A stretch of DNA of 64,000 nt from an uncultured Bacteroidales bacterium (lineage in GTDB: Bacteria; Bacteroidota; Bacteroidia; Bacteroidales; ML635J-15), in contig CALDKB010000047.1 in assembly GCA_937899245.1 (NCBI GenBank), positions 8,884 to 72,883 of the forward strand, in the 5' to 3' direction. Of this stretch, positions 18,554 through 28,023 are shown in pieces. The notes under the pieces are model-generated. The model did no database searches and was not told the DNA's origin. It saw nothing but the letters and a program-made list of their open reading frames with translations. Numbering within the stretch: position 1 is the stretch's first letter; the number at the start of each line of letters is the position of its first letter. A program made the position numbers and the translations under genes.

Positions 18554-20107
18554 ATGCGACAGAAGGTACATTCATACATATATCTCGCTGGACTTTTGAT
18601 TGTGGCATTTTTCATGCCACTGTCGATGTTTGTCACAAACGCGGCAATACTGATGATTGTCGCCAACTGGTTTGTGGAGTGTAACTACAAGGAAAAATGG
18701 CATCGCCTGAAAGAAAACAAGGGCGTACTGATTTTCTGTGCATTGTTTGCCGTTCATATAGTTTGGCTCGCAAATACCTCCAATTTCGACTATGCGGTTA
18801 GCGATATACGTATTAAGTTGCCTTTGCTGGCGATTCCAATTGCATTGGGTACTTCGTCGGTAATATCGACAAAAAAGCTTAATCTTATCCTGCTTTCTTT
18901 TGTCTCTGGCGTCCTATGTGCATCGTTGATAGGTTTTTTCTATAAGATTTTTGGTAATAGCGTTGGTTTCAGGTCGCTTTCCTTGTTTGTTAGCAACATC
19001 AGGTTTTCGCTAATGCTTTGCCTCTCGCTGTTTATCCTGTTGTATTTCGCTGTAAAAAAGATTTTTTTCACGCGGCGGACGACCTGGATAGCGGTGCTTG
19101 TCGGTCTGTGGTTCCTCGTATTTATGTCGATGATCCAAACAATTACAGGATTCGTTTGCTTCTTGTTCGTGCTTGAAATTTTGCTAGTCGTTTATGGCGT
19201 TAAGCAATGGAAAGCGATGCGAGGAAAGCTATCTGTTGCTTTAGCGATAATTATTCCGTTGGCAATTGCAGGTGCTGTCTTATGTTTTGTCCACGATTTT
19301 TATACGCCTACATGCGACAACGTACAGCTGGCAACAACAGCAAATGGCATCCCATACGACGTAGTGAAATCAGACGGGTCAATAGAAAATGGTAATTATG
19401 TATGGATTAACGTCTCAAGGTCGGAACTGGAGGCATCGTGGTCAAATCGAAGCAGCTACCCTCTCGATAGTCTTGACAATAAAGGTCAGAGCATTTATTC
19501 GACGCTAGTGAGATATATGACGTCGCTGGGGCTTACGAAAGATGCCGAGGGAGTTTCTGCGTTAACCGATGCCGATGTGGCAAATGTCGAGAATGGAGAA
19601 ACCAACTGTAGGTTTGTTGGCGGACGTGGCATTTTGAATCGAATATACGTCATTATTTGGGAGTTTGATGTTTACAGGAAAACAGGTGAGTGTAACGGTC
19701 ATTCAGTCATTCAGCGCATCGAGTACCAGAAGTATGGATTCGAACTTGTTCACCGAAATATTCTTACTGGTATAGGCGTCGGGGATGTGGAAGACGAGTA
19801 TCAGGCCTTATACGAGGAGGATGATTGCCCCCTGGCGCTTGAGAATAGACATCGTGCTCATAATCAGTTCTTGACATTTCTGATTACTTTCGGAATCTTT
19901 GGATTCCTGATATGCCTGTTCGCATGGTTTTATCCTGCATTATCAGGGTTGACGCAACAAGATTATTATTTTGGAGTATTTTTCTTGATTGCAACATTGT
20001 CAATGTTTTCTGATGATACGTTGGAAACATCTACGGGTGCGGTTTTTGTGGCTTTTTTCTATTCTCTGCTGATGTGGTCGGCAAGTAAAAAAGAAAAATT
20101 GAAATAA
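18554..20107 (+). CDS. O-antigen ligase/polymerase-like (Wzy_C-type) integral membrane protein (517 aa)
   Basis: About ten hydrophobic helices, a large loop (aa ~250-420), and an HRAHNQFLTFLITFGIFGF segment resembling the Wzy_C/WaaL motif. Confidence 0.6.
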   Translation: MRQKVHSYIYLAGLLIVAFFMPLSMFVTNAAILMIVANWFVECNYKEKWHRLKENKGVLIFCALFAVHIVWLANTSNFDYAVSDIRIKLPLLAIPIALGTSSVISTKKLNLILLSFVSGVLCASLIGFFYKIFGNSVGFRSLSLFVSNIRFSLMLCLSLFILLYFAVKKIFFTRRTTWIAVLVGLWFLVFMSMIQTITGFVCFLFVLEILLVVYGVKQWKAMRGKLSVALAIIIPLAIAGAVLCFVHDFYTPTCDNVQLATTANGIPYDVVKSDGSIENGNYVWINVSRSELEASWSNRSSYPLDSLDNKGQSIYSTLVRYMTSLGLTKDAEGVSALTDADVANVENGETNCRFVGGRGILNRIYVIIWEFDVYRKTGECNGHSVIQRIEYQKYGFELVHRNILTGIGVGDVEDEYQALYEEDDCPLALENRHRAHNQFLTFLITFGIFGFLICLFAWFYPALSGLTQQDYYFGVFFLIATLSMFSDDTLETSTGAVFVAFFYSLLMWSASKKEKLK

Positions 20108-20108
20108 T

Positions 20109-20576
20109 ATGGAGAAAGAAGATTTTATGCGACTGGCAATTGAAAAGTCGCGGACAAGTGTTGAAAATGGTGGCGGGCCATTTGGCTCTGTTGTCGTTAA
20201 GGATGGAGAAGTTATTGCTATTGCATCGAATTCGGTAACTATAGATAACGATCCTACGGCTCACGCCGAGGTTAATGCCATACGTATGGCTTGCAAGAAA
20301 CTTGGGACCTTCGACTTGTCGGGCTGTGAGATTTATGCCTCATGCGAACCATGTCCAATGTGCATGGCTGCAATATATTGGGCGAGAATCGACACACTGT
20401 ATTATGCTAACACAAGGATGGATGCGGACAGCATTGGCTTTAGTGATAACTTTATCTATGAAGAGTTTAACAAACCGGAGTCAGATCGTTCAATAAAGAT
20501 TGTTCCTATGCTTCGCAACGAGGCAATCAAGGTTTTTGATGTGTGGAAATCAAAGCCAGACAAGAAACAATATTAG
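20109..20576 (+). CDS. CDA-fold nucleoside/guanine deaminase (155 aa)
   Basis: Zinc motifs HAE(VNAI) and CEPCPMC. Size and N-terminus resemble GuaD/TadA-like deaminases. 1-nt gap from the upstream gene. Confidence 0.8.
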   Translation: MEKEDFMRLAIEKSRTSVENGGGPFGSVVVKDGEVIAIASNSVTIDNDPTAHAEVNAIRMACKKLGTFDLSGCEIYASCEPCPMCMAAIYWARIDTLYYANTRMDADSIGFSDNFIYEEFNKPESDRSIKIVPMLRNEAIKVFDVWKSKPDKKQY

Positions 20577-20674
20577 TATTAAGGTTCAAAAAAAAACTTT
20601 GAATAGAATACTTAAAAAGAAAACTCTGTTTTTAAAATAATCTTACTACTTTAGTACCATTATTTGGGAAAGAG

Positions 20675-23020
20675 TTGAGTAACCGTTTTTGCATATTGTT
20701 TTTGCTGATAATCAGCATGATATGTGCTACATTGGCTTCTGGACAAACCGTAGGTTTGGTGTTGAGCGGAGGTGGCGCAAAGGGATATGCCCATGTCGGT
20801 GTCATTAAGGCGCTCGAGGAACATGGCATTCCGATTGATTATGTGGCAGGAACTTCGATGGGAGCTATTGTTGGCGGAATGTATGCGGCAGGTTATTCGC
20901 CCGATGAGATGGTCAAGATTTTCAAAAGCGAACAGTTCAAGAATTATTATAAGGGGGCTATTCCTGCCAGATATCTCGATTATTTTAGATATGAGCAGCC
21001 CGACGGATCGCTTGTACGTGTTGACCTTCGTCGCAAAAGCAAAAAAATTTCGCTTGCATTGCCAACAAACCTAATTGCCACTCAGCCGATGGATTTGGGA
21101 TTTATCGATTTGTTCGGTAGAAGTTCCGCCGCCGCAAGAGGTAATTTCGACAACCTATTCGTTCCTTTTAGGTGCGTCGCTTCCGATGTGCACCACAATC
21201 GCGAGAAAGTATTTGGCAGTGGCGATCTTGGAACTGCTATTCGTGCTTCGATGACATATCCGATGCTTTTTCGGCCGGTAGAACTCGACAGCACTCTTTA
21301 TTTTGATGGCGGCATATATAATAATTTCCCAATCGAAACCATGCAGGAAGTCTTTAACCCCGACATTATCATCGGCGTTTATGTGTCGTCTGTTGTGAAT
21401 ACGCCACCTCCAGATTCCGATGATTTGTTCGCTCAGATAGAAAGCTTGGTGATGGGAGAGCAGAAGTCTGTTGATGTGCCCGAAGACAAAGGTTTCATTC
21501 TCGGATTTAAGTTTAAGGATGTCGGTGTTATGGATTTCCAGAAACTTGACTATGTTGTAAATATAGGTTACGATCATTGTGATGAAAAGATTGATAGCGT
21601 ATTGACTCTTATCGAGCGCCGTATTTCACCGGAAGAACTGTCAAACCGGCGAAAAGCTTTTCGAGACTCTCTGCCCGAACTGAAATTCAACGACATTATA
21701 GTTGAGGGAAATCTGAAAAAATCAGAAAAGGAATATGTAGAAAACTCTCTGAACTTAAGAAGAATTAAGAGGCATACTTCGGACTCGTTGCTGGATTTCA
21801 GAACCGTAGAGTCTAATTATTATAAGCTTATATCCGACTACCAGATAAATTTGGCTACACCGCTTGCTGTCTATAACGATTCGGCAAAATGTTTTGATTT
21901 GAAATTGAAGGTGAAGAAAGACAACAGGTTGACTTTGGGTGTAGGTGCAGCGGTGTCAAGCGGTTCGTCAAGCATGGCTTCCATTGGTGCTACGTATAAG
22001 TTGCTCGGCAGGGTTTCGTCGCTCTTCCGTACAAATTTTTATTATGGTAAGTTCTATACGTCGTTTACCGTTGGCGGACGACTTGATATACCAACCTACC
22101 AGCCGATATCGTTGGACCTTTCCGGAACATTAAATCGCTACGACTTCTTCAAGGGCAGTTCGCGCGTCCTTTCCATGACTTATCAGCCGCCATATATCAT
22201 CGACTATGAAAACAATATCCGACTGGATATTTCAACTCCGGTGACAAGACATTCGGTTGCTAAGGTGGGATTTGCTACTGGTGAACATAAGTATTCGTAT
22301 TTCCAGGTATCGTCATATCAGTCGTCTGATACAGCGGACATTACAAGTTTCAAATATATCTCCACCCGTTTGGCATACGACTACAACACATTGAATTATA
22401 TAATGTATCCGACCAGCGGCAATAATTTCGTCGTTGACTTGCGTCATGTAATGGGCACAGAAACCAATGTTCCGGGTTCAACAACCGCACTTTCCGACAT
22501 GTATATGTTGCATCATAGCTGGTTCCAGTTGAATCTTATTGCCGACTCCTATGTTCGCGTTTTCAAGCATCTGACAATTGGAGTGTATGCTCAGCTTTTT
22601 ATAAGCAACAGGACATTATTCCGAAATTATTCTTCAAGTATGCTTGCTGCTCCGGCTTTTGCCCCAGTGATGAATTCAAAGACGCTAATTCTTTCAAATT
22701 ATAGGGCCAATAACTTTGCAGCCGTGGGATTGAAGCCAATTGTGAATATTACCGACCGCCTGAGTCTCCGTACCGAAGTGTATTTCTATCTGCCATACCA
22801 GAAGATTTTGAGGGAGGAGTCATCTTCGGGCGTATATACCCCGCAGTATGCGGAGAAATTTTCATATAAATATCTTATGGGTTCAATGGCTTTGGTGTAT
22901 AATACCAGAATTGGTCCGTTGGGGCTCAGCGTAAACTATCTTGATGACGAGAATGTTGACTGGTATTTTATGTTCCATCTTGGATTTATGCTATTCAACA
23001 AGAAAGGCCTTGACTATTAG
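20675..23020 (+). CDS. patatin-like phospholipase with a C-terminal Omp85/surface-antigen-like beta-barrel (781 aa)
   Basis: GGGAKG oxyanion motif, GTSMG nucleophile elbow, DGG catalytic Asp. The C-terminal half is beta-strand-rich and ends ...MFHLGFMLF. TTG start in the track. Confidence 0.85.
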   Translation: MSNRFCILFLLIISMICATLASGQTVGLVLSGGGAKGYAHVGVIKALEEHGIPIDYVAGTSMGAIVGGMYAAGYSPDEMVKIFKSEQFKNYYKGAIPARYLDYFRYEQPDGSLVRVDLRRKSKKISLALPTNLIATQPMDLGFIDLFGRSSAAARGNFDNLFVPFRCVASDVHHNREKVFGSGDLGTAIRASMTYPMLFRPVELDSTLYFDGGIYNNFPIETMQEVFNPDIIIGVYVSSVVNTPPPDSDDLFAQIESLVMGEQKSVDVPEDKGFILGFKFKDVGVMDFQKLDYVVNIGYDHCDEKIDSVLTLIERRISPEELSNRRKAFRDSLPELKFNDIIVEGNLKKSEKEYVENSLNLRRIKRHTSDSLLDFRTVESNYYKLISDYQINLATPLAVYNDSAKCFDLKLKVKKDNRLTLGVGAAVSSGSSSMASIGATYKLLGRVSSLFRTNFYYGKFYTSFTVGGRLDIPTYQPISLDLSGTLNRYDFFKGSSRVLSMTYQPPYIIDYENNIRLDISTPVTRHSVAKVGFATGEHKYSYFQVSSYQSSDTADITSFKYISTRLAYDYNTLNYIMYPTSGNNFVVDLRHVMGTETNVPGSTTALSDMYMLHHSWFQLNLIADSYVRVFKHLTIGVYAQLFISNRTLFRNYSSSMLAAPAFAPVMNSKTLILSNYRANNFAAVGLKPIVNITDRLSLRTEVYFYLPYQKILREESSSGVYTPQYAEKFSYKYLMGSMALVYNTRIGPLGLSVNYLDDENVDWYFMFHLGFMLFNKKGLDY

Positions 23021-23110
23021 TGTGTTTGATAATAAGGCACATATATTCTCGGCTGAAATTTTTTTCCGTAGAAAGATTCGGTATGTTTAAAAATGTGCCG
23101 GCAGACACAT

Positions 23111-23146
23111 AAAAAAAGCAACCGCATATTTGCGATTGCTTTTTTT
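23111..23146. terminator. bidirectional rho-independent terminator between convergent genes
   Basis: A-run, hairpin agcaaccgc/gcgattgct (one mismatch), then T-run. Confidence 0.65.
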
Positions 23147-23165
23147 GTATTGTGACAACTATTGA

Positions 23166-24608
23166 TTACGGAAGAGCGTCAAGGTTTGTTCCTTCATCGT
23201 AGTGAACATTGTTGTATTCGCCTTCGTATTCAAGGTGAACGTTTGCTTCGGTGCAGTTGCTGAATGTGTTGCCACTATGAGTTACATTGCCCCAAGTGTT
23301 GATATCTTCAATCCATACACCATAGAAACTCTTGTTGAATTCACAGTTGGTAAGAGTTAATTTTGCTGCGTCATCAATGAAAAGCAAGCTGCTATTGTCC
23401 CAATCGTTTCTGATGCCGCCGTCGCTGATATTGCAGTAGTTCATAACATTGCCGGTTCTGTTGCTTCTGAATTCAATGCCTCTCCAATGGTTTTCCGGAT
23501 CTTGAGCCTTGAAAGTAATAGGATTGGATGCTGTACCGTCTGCTACCAAAATTGCATCGTTGTCAATCTTAAAGTATGTGTCGTATGGGAACAACATTGT
23601 TGTACCAGCTTCAATTGTGAGTTTTCTATTTCCAGCTATAGTGACTGAATTTTTAAAATAGTATGGGATGCTTAAACTCTTGATTGTATAGTTTTCGTTG
23701 GGTTCATAATATCCACCAGTAACAATAGCGTAGTTCTTGACATTATTTGTATATGTGTTATTGCCGTCAGGAATGCTGAACAAAGATTCTGCTTCTTCAA
23801 TGATGATAGGAGATCCTGCACAGTTCTTGATTGTGTTATTCTCAAAGGCAGTTAGAATACTTCCATATTCCAAGCACATGCCGTTATTAAGCGAACCGTC
23901 AATAGTGCAGTTCTTCATGGAAAGTTTTGCACTTTCAAGGTCAACAACAGGAGACCATATCCCTTCGTCCGCACCACCGCGAATAAATTCTACATATTCC
24001 CATTGGTTGTCGCTTCGTTTAGATTTCAGTACGATTCTGTTCCAAGAGCCGTTGTTAGGATTGTTTGTAGGGCCAACGAATTTAATCGGTTTTGCAGCAG
24101 TACCTACCATCTTAAGTCCAGCATTTTCGCAGATTTCCATGCCGCCATCGACACCTGTGAACATAATAGTTACACCCGGTTCGATAGTAAGAAGTGCATT
24201 GCCTTCGATACGTAACCAGCCATTAATGTAGTAGTCAACAGCAAGACCTCTATCCGGCCATGTTGTGTTTTCGCTAATATTTCCGCTGAAAGTGTAATCT
24301 TCAGGGTCGCCTTCGCCGCCTTCGCCATTAGGATTGTTAGAGAAAATAGCAGTGTAGGTTGCGTCTTCGGTTACGGTAATGGCGCGTGGGTTGTCGGTAT
24401 TGCCGTCTTCCCATTTTATAAAGAAGTATCCTTCTTTTGCTATTGCAGAAATTTGAATTTCACTTCCGTCAGCGTATGTTCCTGTGCCAGAAACCGTTCC
24501 CCATTCAGCATTGTTAGATACTACAGTAATTGTGTATTCCTTTGAACACGAGTTTAGGAATATCATGCCTGTCAGACACAAAATTCCGATGAATAATAAT
24601 TTTCTCAT
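23166..24608 (-). CDS. lipoprotein with an N-terminal Listeria/Bacteroides-type repeat and right-handed beta-helix repeats (480 aa)
   Basis: Lipobox FLNSCSK. TITVVSNNAEWGTVSGTGTYADGSEIQISAIAKEGYFFIKWEDGNTDNPRAITV matches the InlB B-repeat-like pattern. Periodic NxxI/GG turns downstream suggest a beta-helix. Confidence 0.6.
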   Translation of the reverse strand: MRKLLFIGILCLTGMIFLNSCSKEYTITVVSNNAEWGTVSGTGTYADGSEIQISAIAKEGYFFIKWEDGNTDNPRAITVTEDATYTAIFSNNPNGEGGEGDPEDYTFSGNISENTTWPDRGLAVDYYINGWLRIEGNALLTIEPGVTIMFTGVDGGMEICENAGLKMVGTAAKPIKFVGPTNNPNNGSWNRIVLKSKRSDNQWEYVEFIRGGADEGIWSPVVDLESAKLSMKNCTIDGSLNNGMCLEYGSILTAFENNTIKNCAGSPIIIEEAESLFSIPDGNNTYTNNVKNYAIVTGGYYEPNENYTIKSLSIPYYFKNSVTIAGNRKLTIEAGTTMLFPYDTYFKIDNDAILVADGTASNPITFKAQDPENHWRGIEFRSNRTGNVMNYCNISDGGIRNDWDNSSLLFIDDAAKLTLTNCEFNKSFYGVWIEDINTWGNVTHSGNTFSNCTEANVHLEYEGEYNNVHYDEGTNLDALP

Positions 24609-24712
24609 ATTTTTGATGTTAATTTGTTCGCAAAATTAACAAAAAAATCTCAATTTGTTTAAATGCGGCGTAATATTTATGCTACATGATTTGTTAATAA
24701 TATATTGACCTG

Positions 24713-25444
24713 TTATTTTGAGGCAGCCTCTATTTTACTTATTACATCTATTTTGCCAACGTCAAGCACTTGGTTATTGTCGTGGATGTATCCGCCAATG
24801 TGATTCTGCTTTGATATTTTAAGCAATTCGGGAATAATCGGGAAGGACCCTTCATTGTCGATAAGGTCGAAAATACGGTAGTTGCATACATAAATTCCGC
24901 TGAATGCCATTTCGTTGTAGCTTTCGCGTTCGATTGTGATTATTGACTTGTCGTTTTTTAGATCTTTCCATCCGCAAAGGCGATTTTCGGTATCGAACAG
25001 CAGATGCTTTGAACTTTCGCGGTGCATGACGGCCAATGTCGCAACATTATTGCTGGAGCAATGGTAGTCGTAAAGTTTTTTTAGGTCTATGTCGGAGAAA
25101 ATATCCACATTGTGAATCAAAAAGTTGTCGCCTTCGTTGAAAAAGCGTTTTACGTTTTTTAGTCCGCCACCAGTGTTCAGCAGAAGGTCGCTTTCATCCG
25201 AAATCTCTATCTGTACGCCAAAATCGTTATTCTTTACGAAATCAATTATCTGGTTCGCAAAATGATGCACATTTACAACTATGTAGTTGCAGCCAAAACT
25301 GCGCAATTTCTCTATTTGGTGCTGTAGCATTGGTTTCCCGCTAATAGGAACCATTGCCTTGGGCATTGTGTTGGTTAGTGGAGCCAGACGAGTTCCAAGT
25401 CCGGCGGCAAATATCATCGCTTTCATAATCGATATTTTTTGCAA
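24713..25444 (-). CDS. sugar-1-phosphate nucleotidyltransferase (MurU/GlmU-N-like NTP_transferase)
   Basis: MKAMIFAAGLGTRLAPLTNTMPKAMVP is the G-x-G-T-R-L signature. The probable true start is MKAMIF at 25426, with a TAatTTTG box at 25442-25449. Confidence 0.8.
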   Translation of the reverse strand: MQKISIMKAMIFAAGLGTRLAPLTNTMPKAMVPISGKPMLQHQIEKLRSFGCNYIVVNVHHFANQIIDFVKNNDFGVQIEISDESDLLLNTGGGLKNVKRFFNEGDNFLIHNVDIFSDIDLKKLYDYHCSSNNVATLAVMHRESSKHLLFDTENRLCGWKDLKNDKSIITIERESYNEMAFSGIYVCNYRIFDLIDNEGSFPIIPELLKISKQNHIGGYIHDNNQVLDVGKIDVISKIEAASK

Positions 25445-25736
25445 AATTACTCAAAATGCTGAATTTTTAAGATAAGAATTTAGTGGCGTTTTGGGAAATA
25501 TTTGGACATCAGATTACGACGGTGAGTGATCGACGTGCTATATTCCAAATGAAGTGCTTATCCAAAATGAGCATGAGGAAATTGCCGACAAGACCTCGAT
25601 GATGCAAGCGTTTTACTTACTTTATTATGATATGGTCAGTGGCTATGTGTTGAACTGGTTGCCCAATATGATATTTCGTAAGGCCGAAAGCCTAAGAAAA
25701 TTGGATAATTCACAATGAATGATTTGTAATTGAAAG

Positions 25737-25767
25737 AAAAAAGGCTACCATTTGGCAGCCTTTTTTT
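25737..25767 (-). terminator. rho-independent terminator after the decarboxylase operon
   Basis: ggctgcc/ggtagcc hairpin (G-U wobble on the minus-strand RNA) flanked by A- and T-runs, 18 nt after the stop at 25785. Confidence 0.65.
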
Positions 25768-25784
25768 GTATTCTGGATTATTTA

Positions 25785-27224
25785 TTATCCAAGGAAGCTT
25801 AGCAACAGACCTGCTGCGATAGCTGAACCTAAAACGCCGGCAACATTCGGTCCCATAGCGTGCATGAGGAGGAAGTTGCTTGGGTTTTCCTTCTGTCCGA
25901 CAGTCTGTGAAACGCGAGCAGCCATTGGAACAGCTGATACACCTGCCGAACCGATAAGCGGATTGATCTTTTCTTTCAAGAATAGGTTCATGAACTTTGC
26001 CATGAGAACACCACCAGCAGTACTGAAGCTGAAAGCTACAACACCGATGATAACGATTTCGATGGTCTTCAATGTGAGGAATGAATCTGCAACTGCAGTA
26101 GCACCAACAGAGATGCCAAGGAATACGGTTACAATATTCATAAGTTCATTCTGAACGGTCTTGCTTAGTCTTTCGGTTACGCCGCATTCCTTAAGAAGGT
26201 TACCGAACATCAGACAGCCGATAAGTGAGCCGGCCGATGGAATAATCAGAATGGCAACCAAGGTGATAACAATTGGGAAAACGATTTTTTCCTTTTTGCT
26301 AACGTCTCTCAACTGCTTCATGGAGATCATACGTTCTTTCTTTGTAGTGAGAGCCTTCATGATAGGCGGCTGAATAACAGGAATCAAAGCCATGTAAGAA
26401 TAAGCTGCGATTGCGATAGGTCCCAATAGTTCTGGTGCTAGTTTTGTTGTTAGGAAGATTGCTGTTGGACCGTCGGCACCGCCAATGATTCCGATTGAAC
26501 CTGCCTCGTTTGGTGCGAAACCAATACCGATTGCACAAAGGAAGGTAATGAAGATACCAAATTGCGCTGCGGCGCCAAGAAGCAAGCTCTTAGGATTTGC
26601 GATTAGTGGACCAAAATCAGTCATGGCACCGATACCTATGAATATTAAGCAAGGATAAAGACCAAGCTTTACGCCCATATACAATACGTCGAGAAGTCCG
26701 CCCTCCTTTAGGATTGTGCCATAGCTATGATAGTTAGGACTGTTTTCGTCGAGGAACGAAACCCAAAGGTCGTTGTGGAACATTTCGGCGCCCGGAAGGT
26801 TTGAAAGCAACATTCCGAAGGCGATAGGGAGGAGAAGAAGCGGTTCGTACTGCTTTGCTATTGCAAGATAAATCAAGAAACAGCTGATGATTAGCATTAA
26901 TAGGGCTTTCCAGTTGCCAGTTACAAGGTCGGTGATTCCGCTTGTCTTGCAGAACTTTACAACTTTATCCCATGAGGAAGCGTTTTCTGGTTCTGTTTCT
27001 TCGGTTTCAGAAACCACTTCTTGGGCTGCTTCTGTCGTTGTTTCTGCACAAGTTTTTGCACTTGTGTCTGCATTTACTTGTTCCGTAGCACCTGTTGTTG
27101 CTGCGACTTCGGTATTGTCAGCATTTGCATTGTCGGTCTGGACGTTTGCAAACAGCTTCGGTGAAGTCAGCATCGTGAGGATGAATACGAAACTTAAAAG
27201 CAGATATTTTTTTATAATATCCAT
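25785..27224 (-). CDS. mmdB: Na+-translocating methylmalonyl-CoA/oxaloacetate decarboxylase beta subunit, with an N-terminal extension
   Basis: OadB-type core ([30 protein letters not shown], many TM helices). Preceded by about 88 aa comprising a hydrophobic helix and a Thr/Glu-rich linker. Confidence 0.85.
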   Translation of the reverse strand: MDIIKKYLLLSFVFILTMLTSPKLFANVQTDNANADNTEVAATTGATEQVNADTSAKTCAETTTEAAQEVVSETEETEPENASSWDKVVKFCKTSGITDLVTGNWKALLMLIISCFLIYLAIAKQYEPLLLLPIAFGMLLSNLPGAEMFHNDLWVSFLDENSPNYHSYGTILKEGGLLDVLYMGVKLGLYPCLIFIGIGAMTDFGPLIANPKSLLLGAAAQFGIFITFLCAIGIGFAPNEAGSIGIIGGADGPTAIFLTTKLAPELLGPIAIAAYSYMALIPVIQPPIMKALTTKKERMISMKQLRDVSKKEKIVFPIVITLVAILIIPSAGSLIGCLMFGNLLKECGVTERLSKTVQNELMNIVTVFLGISVGATAVADSFLTLKTIEIVIIGVVAFSFSTAGGVLMAKFMNLFLKEKINPLIGSAGVSAVPMAARVSQTVGQKENPSNFLLMHAMGPNVAGVLGSAIAAGLLLSFLG

Positions 27225-27245
27225 GATTCTACTTTTTTTAGTTTA

Positions 27246-27668
27246 TTATTCGAGTTCAACAAGTGCGTCGCCCAAAGCAACGGTTCTACCAACTTCAACG
27301 AAAACAGCCTTAACTGTAGCGTCCTTGTCGGCCATGATGTTGTTTTCCATCTTCATTGCTTCCATAACAAGAAGAGTGTCTCCGCGCTTAACGGCTTGTC
27401 CTGGAGTTACAAGAATCTTAACAACCTGACCTGGCAATGGAGCTTTAAGAGCAGATGCTGAAGCAGGAGCCTTTGGTGCTGCGGCTGCAGCTGGTGCTGG
27501 TGCTGCCTTTGGTGCCGGCTTTGCTACCTTGGTAATTACTGGTTCTTTTTCCTTTTCAATTTCTACTGTGTACGACTTGTCGTTTACCTTGACATTGGCG
27601 ATGTTGTCGTTTACGTCAACTTCAACGGCGTACTTTTTTCCTTCTATTGTAAGATTATACTTTTTCAT
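27246..27668 (-). CDS. mmdC: biotin carboxyl carrier subunit of the decarboxylase
   Basis: Ala/Pro linker plus the biotinylation motif EAMKMEN. Confidence 0.85.
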   Translation of the reverse strand: MKKYNLTIEGKKYAVEVDVNDNIANVKVNDKSYTVEIEKEKEPVITKVAKPAPKAAPAPAAAAAPKAPASASALKAPLPGQVVKILVTPGQAVKRGDTLLVMEAMKMENNIMADKDATVKAVFVEVGRTVALGDALVELE

Positions 27669-27673
27669 ATACC

Positions 27674-28012
27674 TTAATTATTTAACCACGGAGAATAATT
27701 CTGTGATACGTTCTTAATTGTTAAAACATTTGACTCCTTGTCGTGCTCTCCGCCGAAATACAGGTGCAGTGCAGTTGCAATTGCTGCGTAGTCGGCATCG
27801 TCAATCTTGCCGGTTGACTTAACTTCTGCTGCTGGTTTTGGTGCATCAGCCTTTGCTTCGGACTTCTTGCCCTTTTTTGCGATAGCGCCGAAAAGCATCA
27901 TAATCAGTACGAAGAAAGCCATGATAAGAAGCACGATGGAGAAACAGATTCCCACCAATGCCCAGGTTTCGCCCCAGGTGGTTCCTTCTACTATTAATAA
28001 TACGTTACTCAT
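27674..28012 (-). CDS. small membrane-anchor (OadG/delta-like) decarboxylase subunit
   Basis: 112 aa, a single N-terminal TM helix, in the expected position between the carboxyltransferase and the biotin carrier. Confidence 0.6.
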   Translation of the reverse strand: MSNVLLIVEGTTWGETWALVGICFSIVLLIMAFFVLIMMLFGAIAKKGKKSEAKADAPKPAAEVKSTGKIDDADYAAIATALHLYFGGEHDKESNVLTIKNVSQNYSPWLNN

Positions 28013-28023
28013 AGCAAAATGAT

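Noticed and set aside
25445-25736. A ~290-nt non-coding gap, which might hold a gene remnant or small RNA. It includes a 38-codon ORF ending ...NWLPNMIFRKAESLRKLDNSQ.
   Set aside because: It is too short and featureless to call. I found no convincing structure or homology by eye. It probably holds only the promoter of the nucleotidyltransferase gene and the operon terminator.
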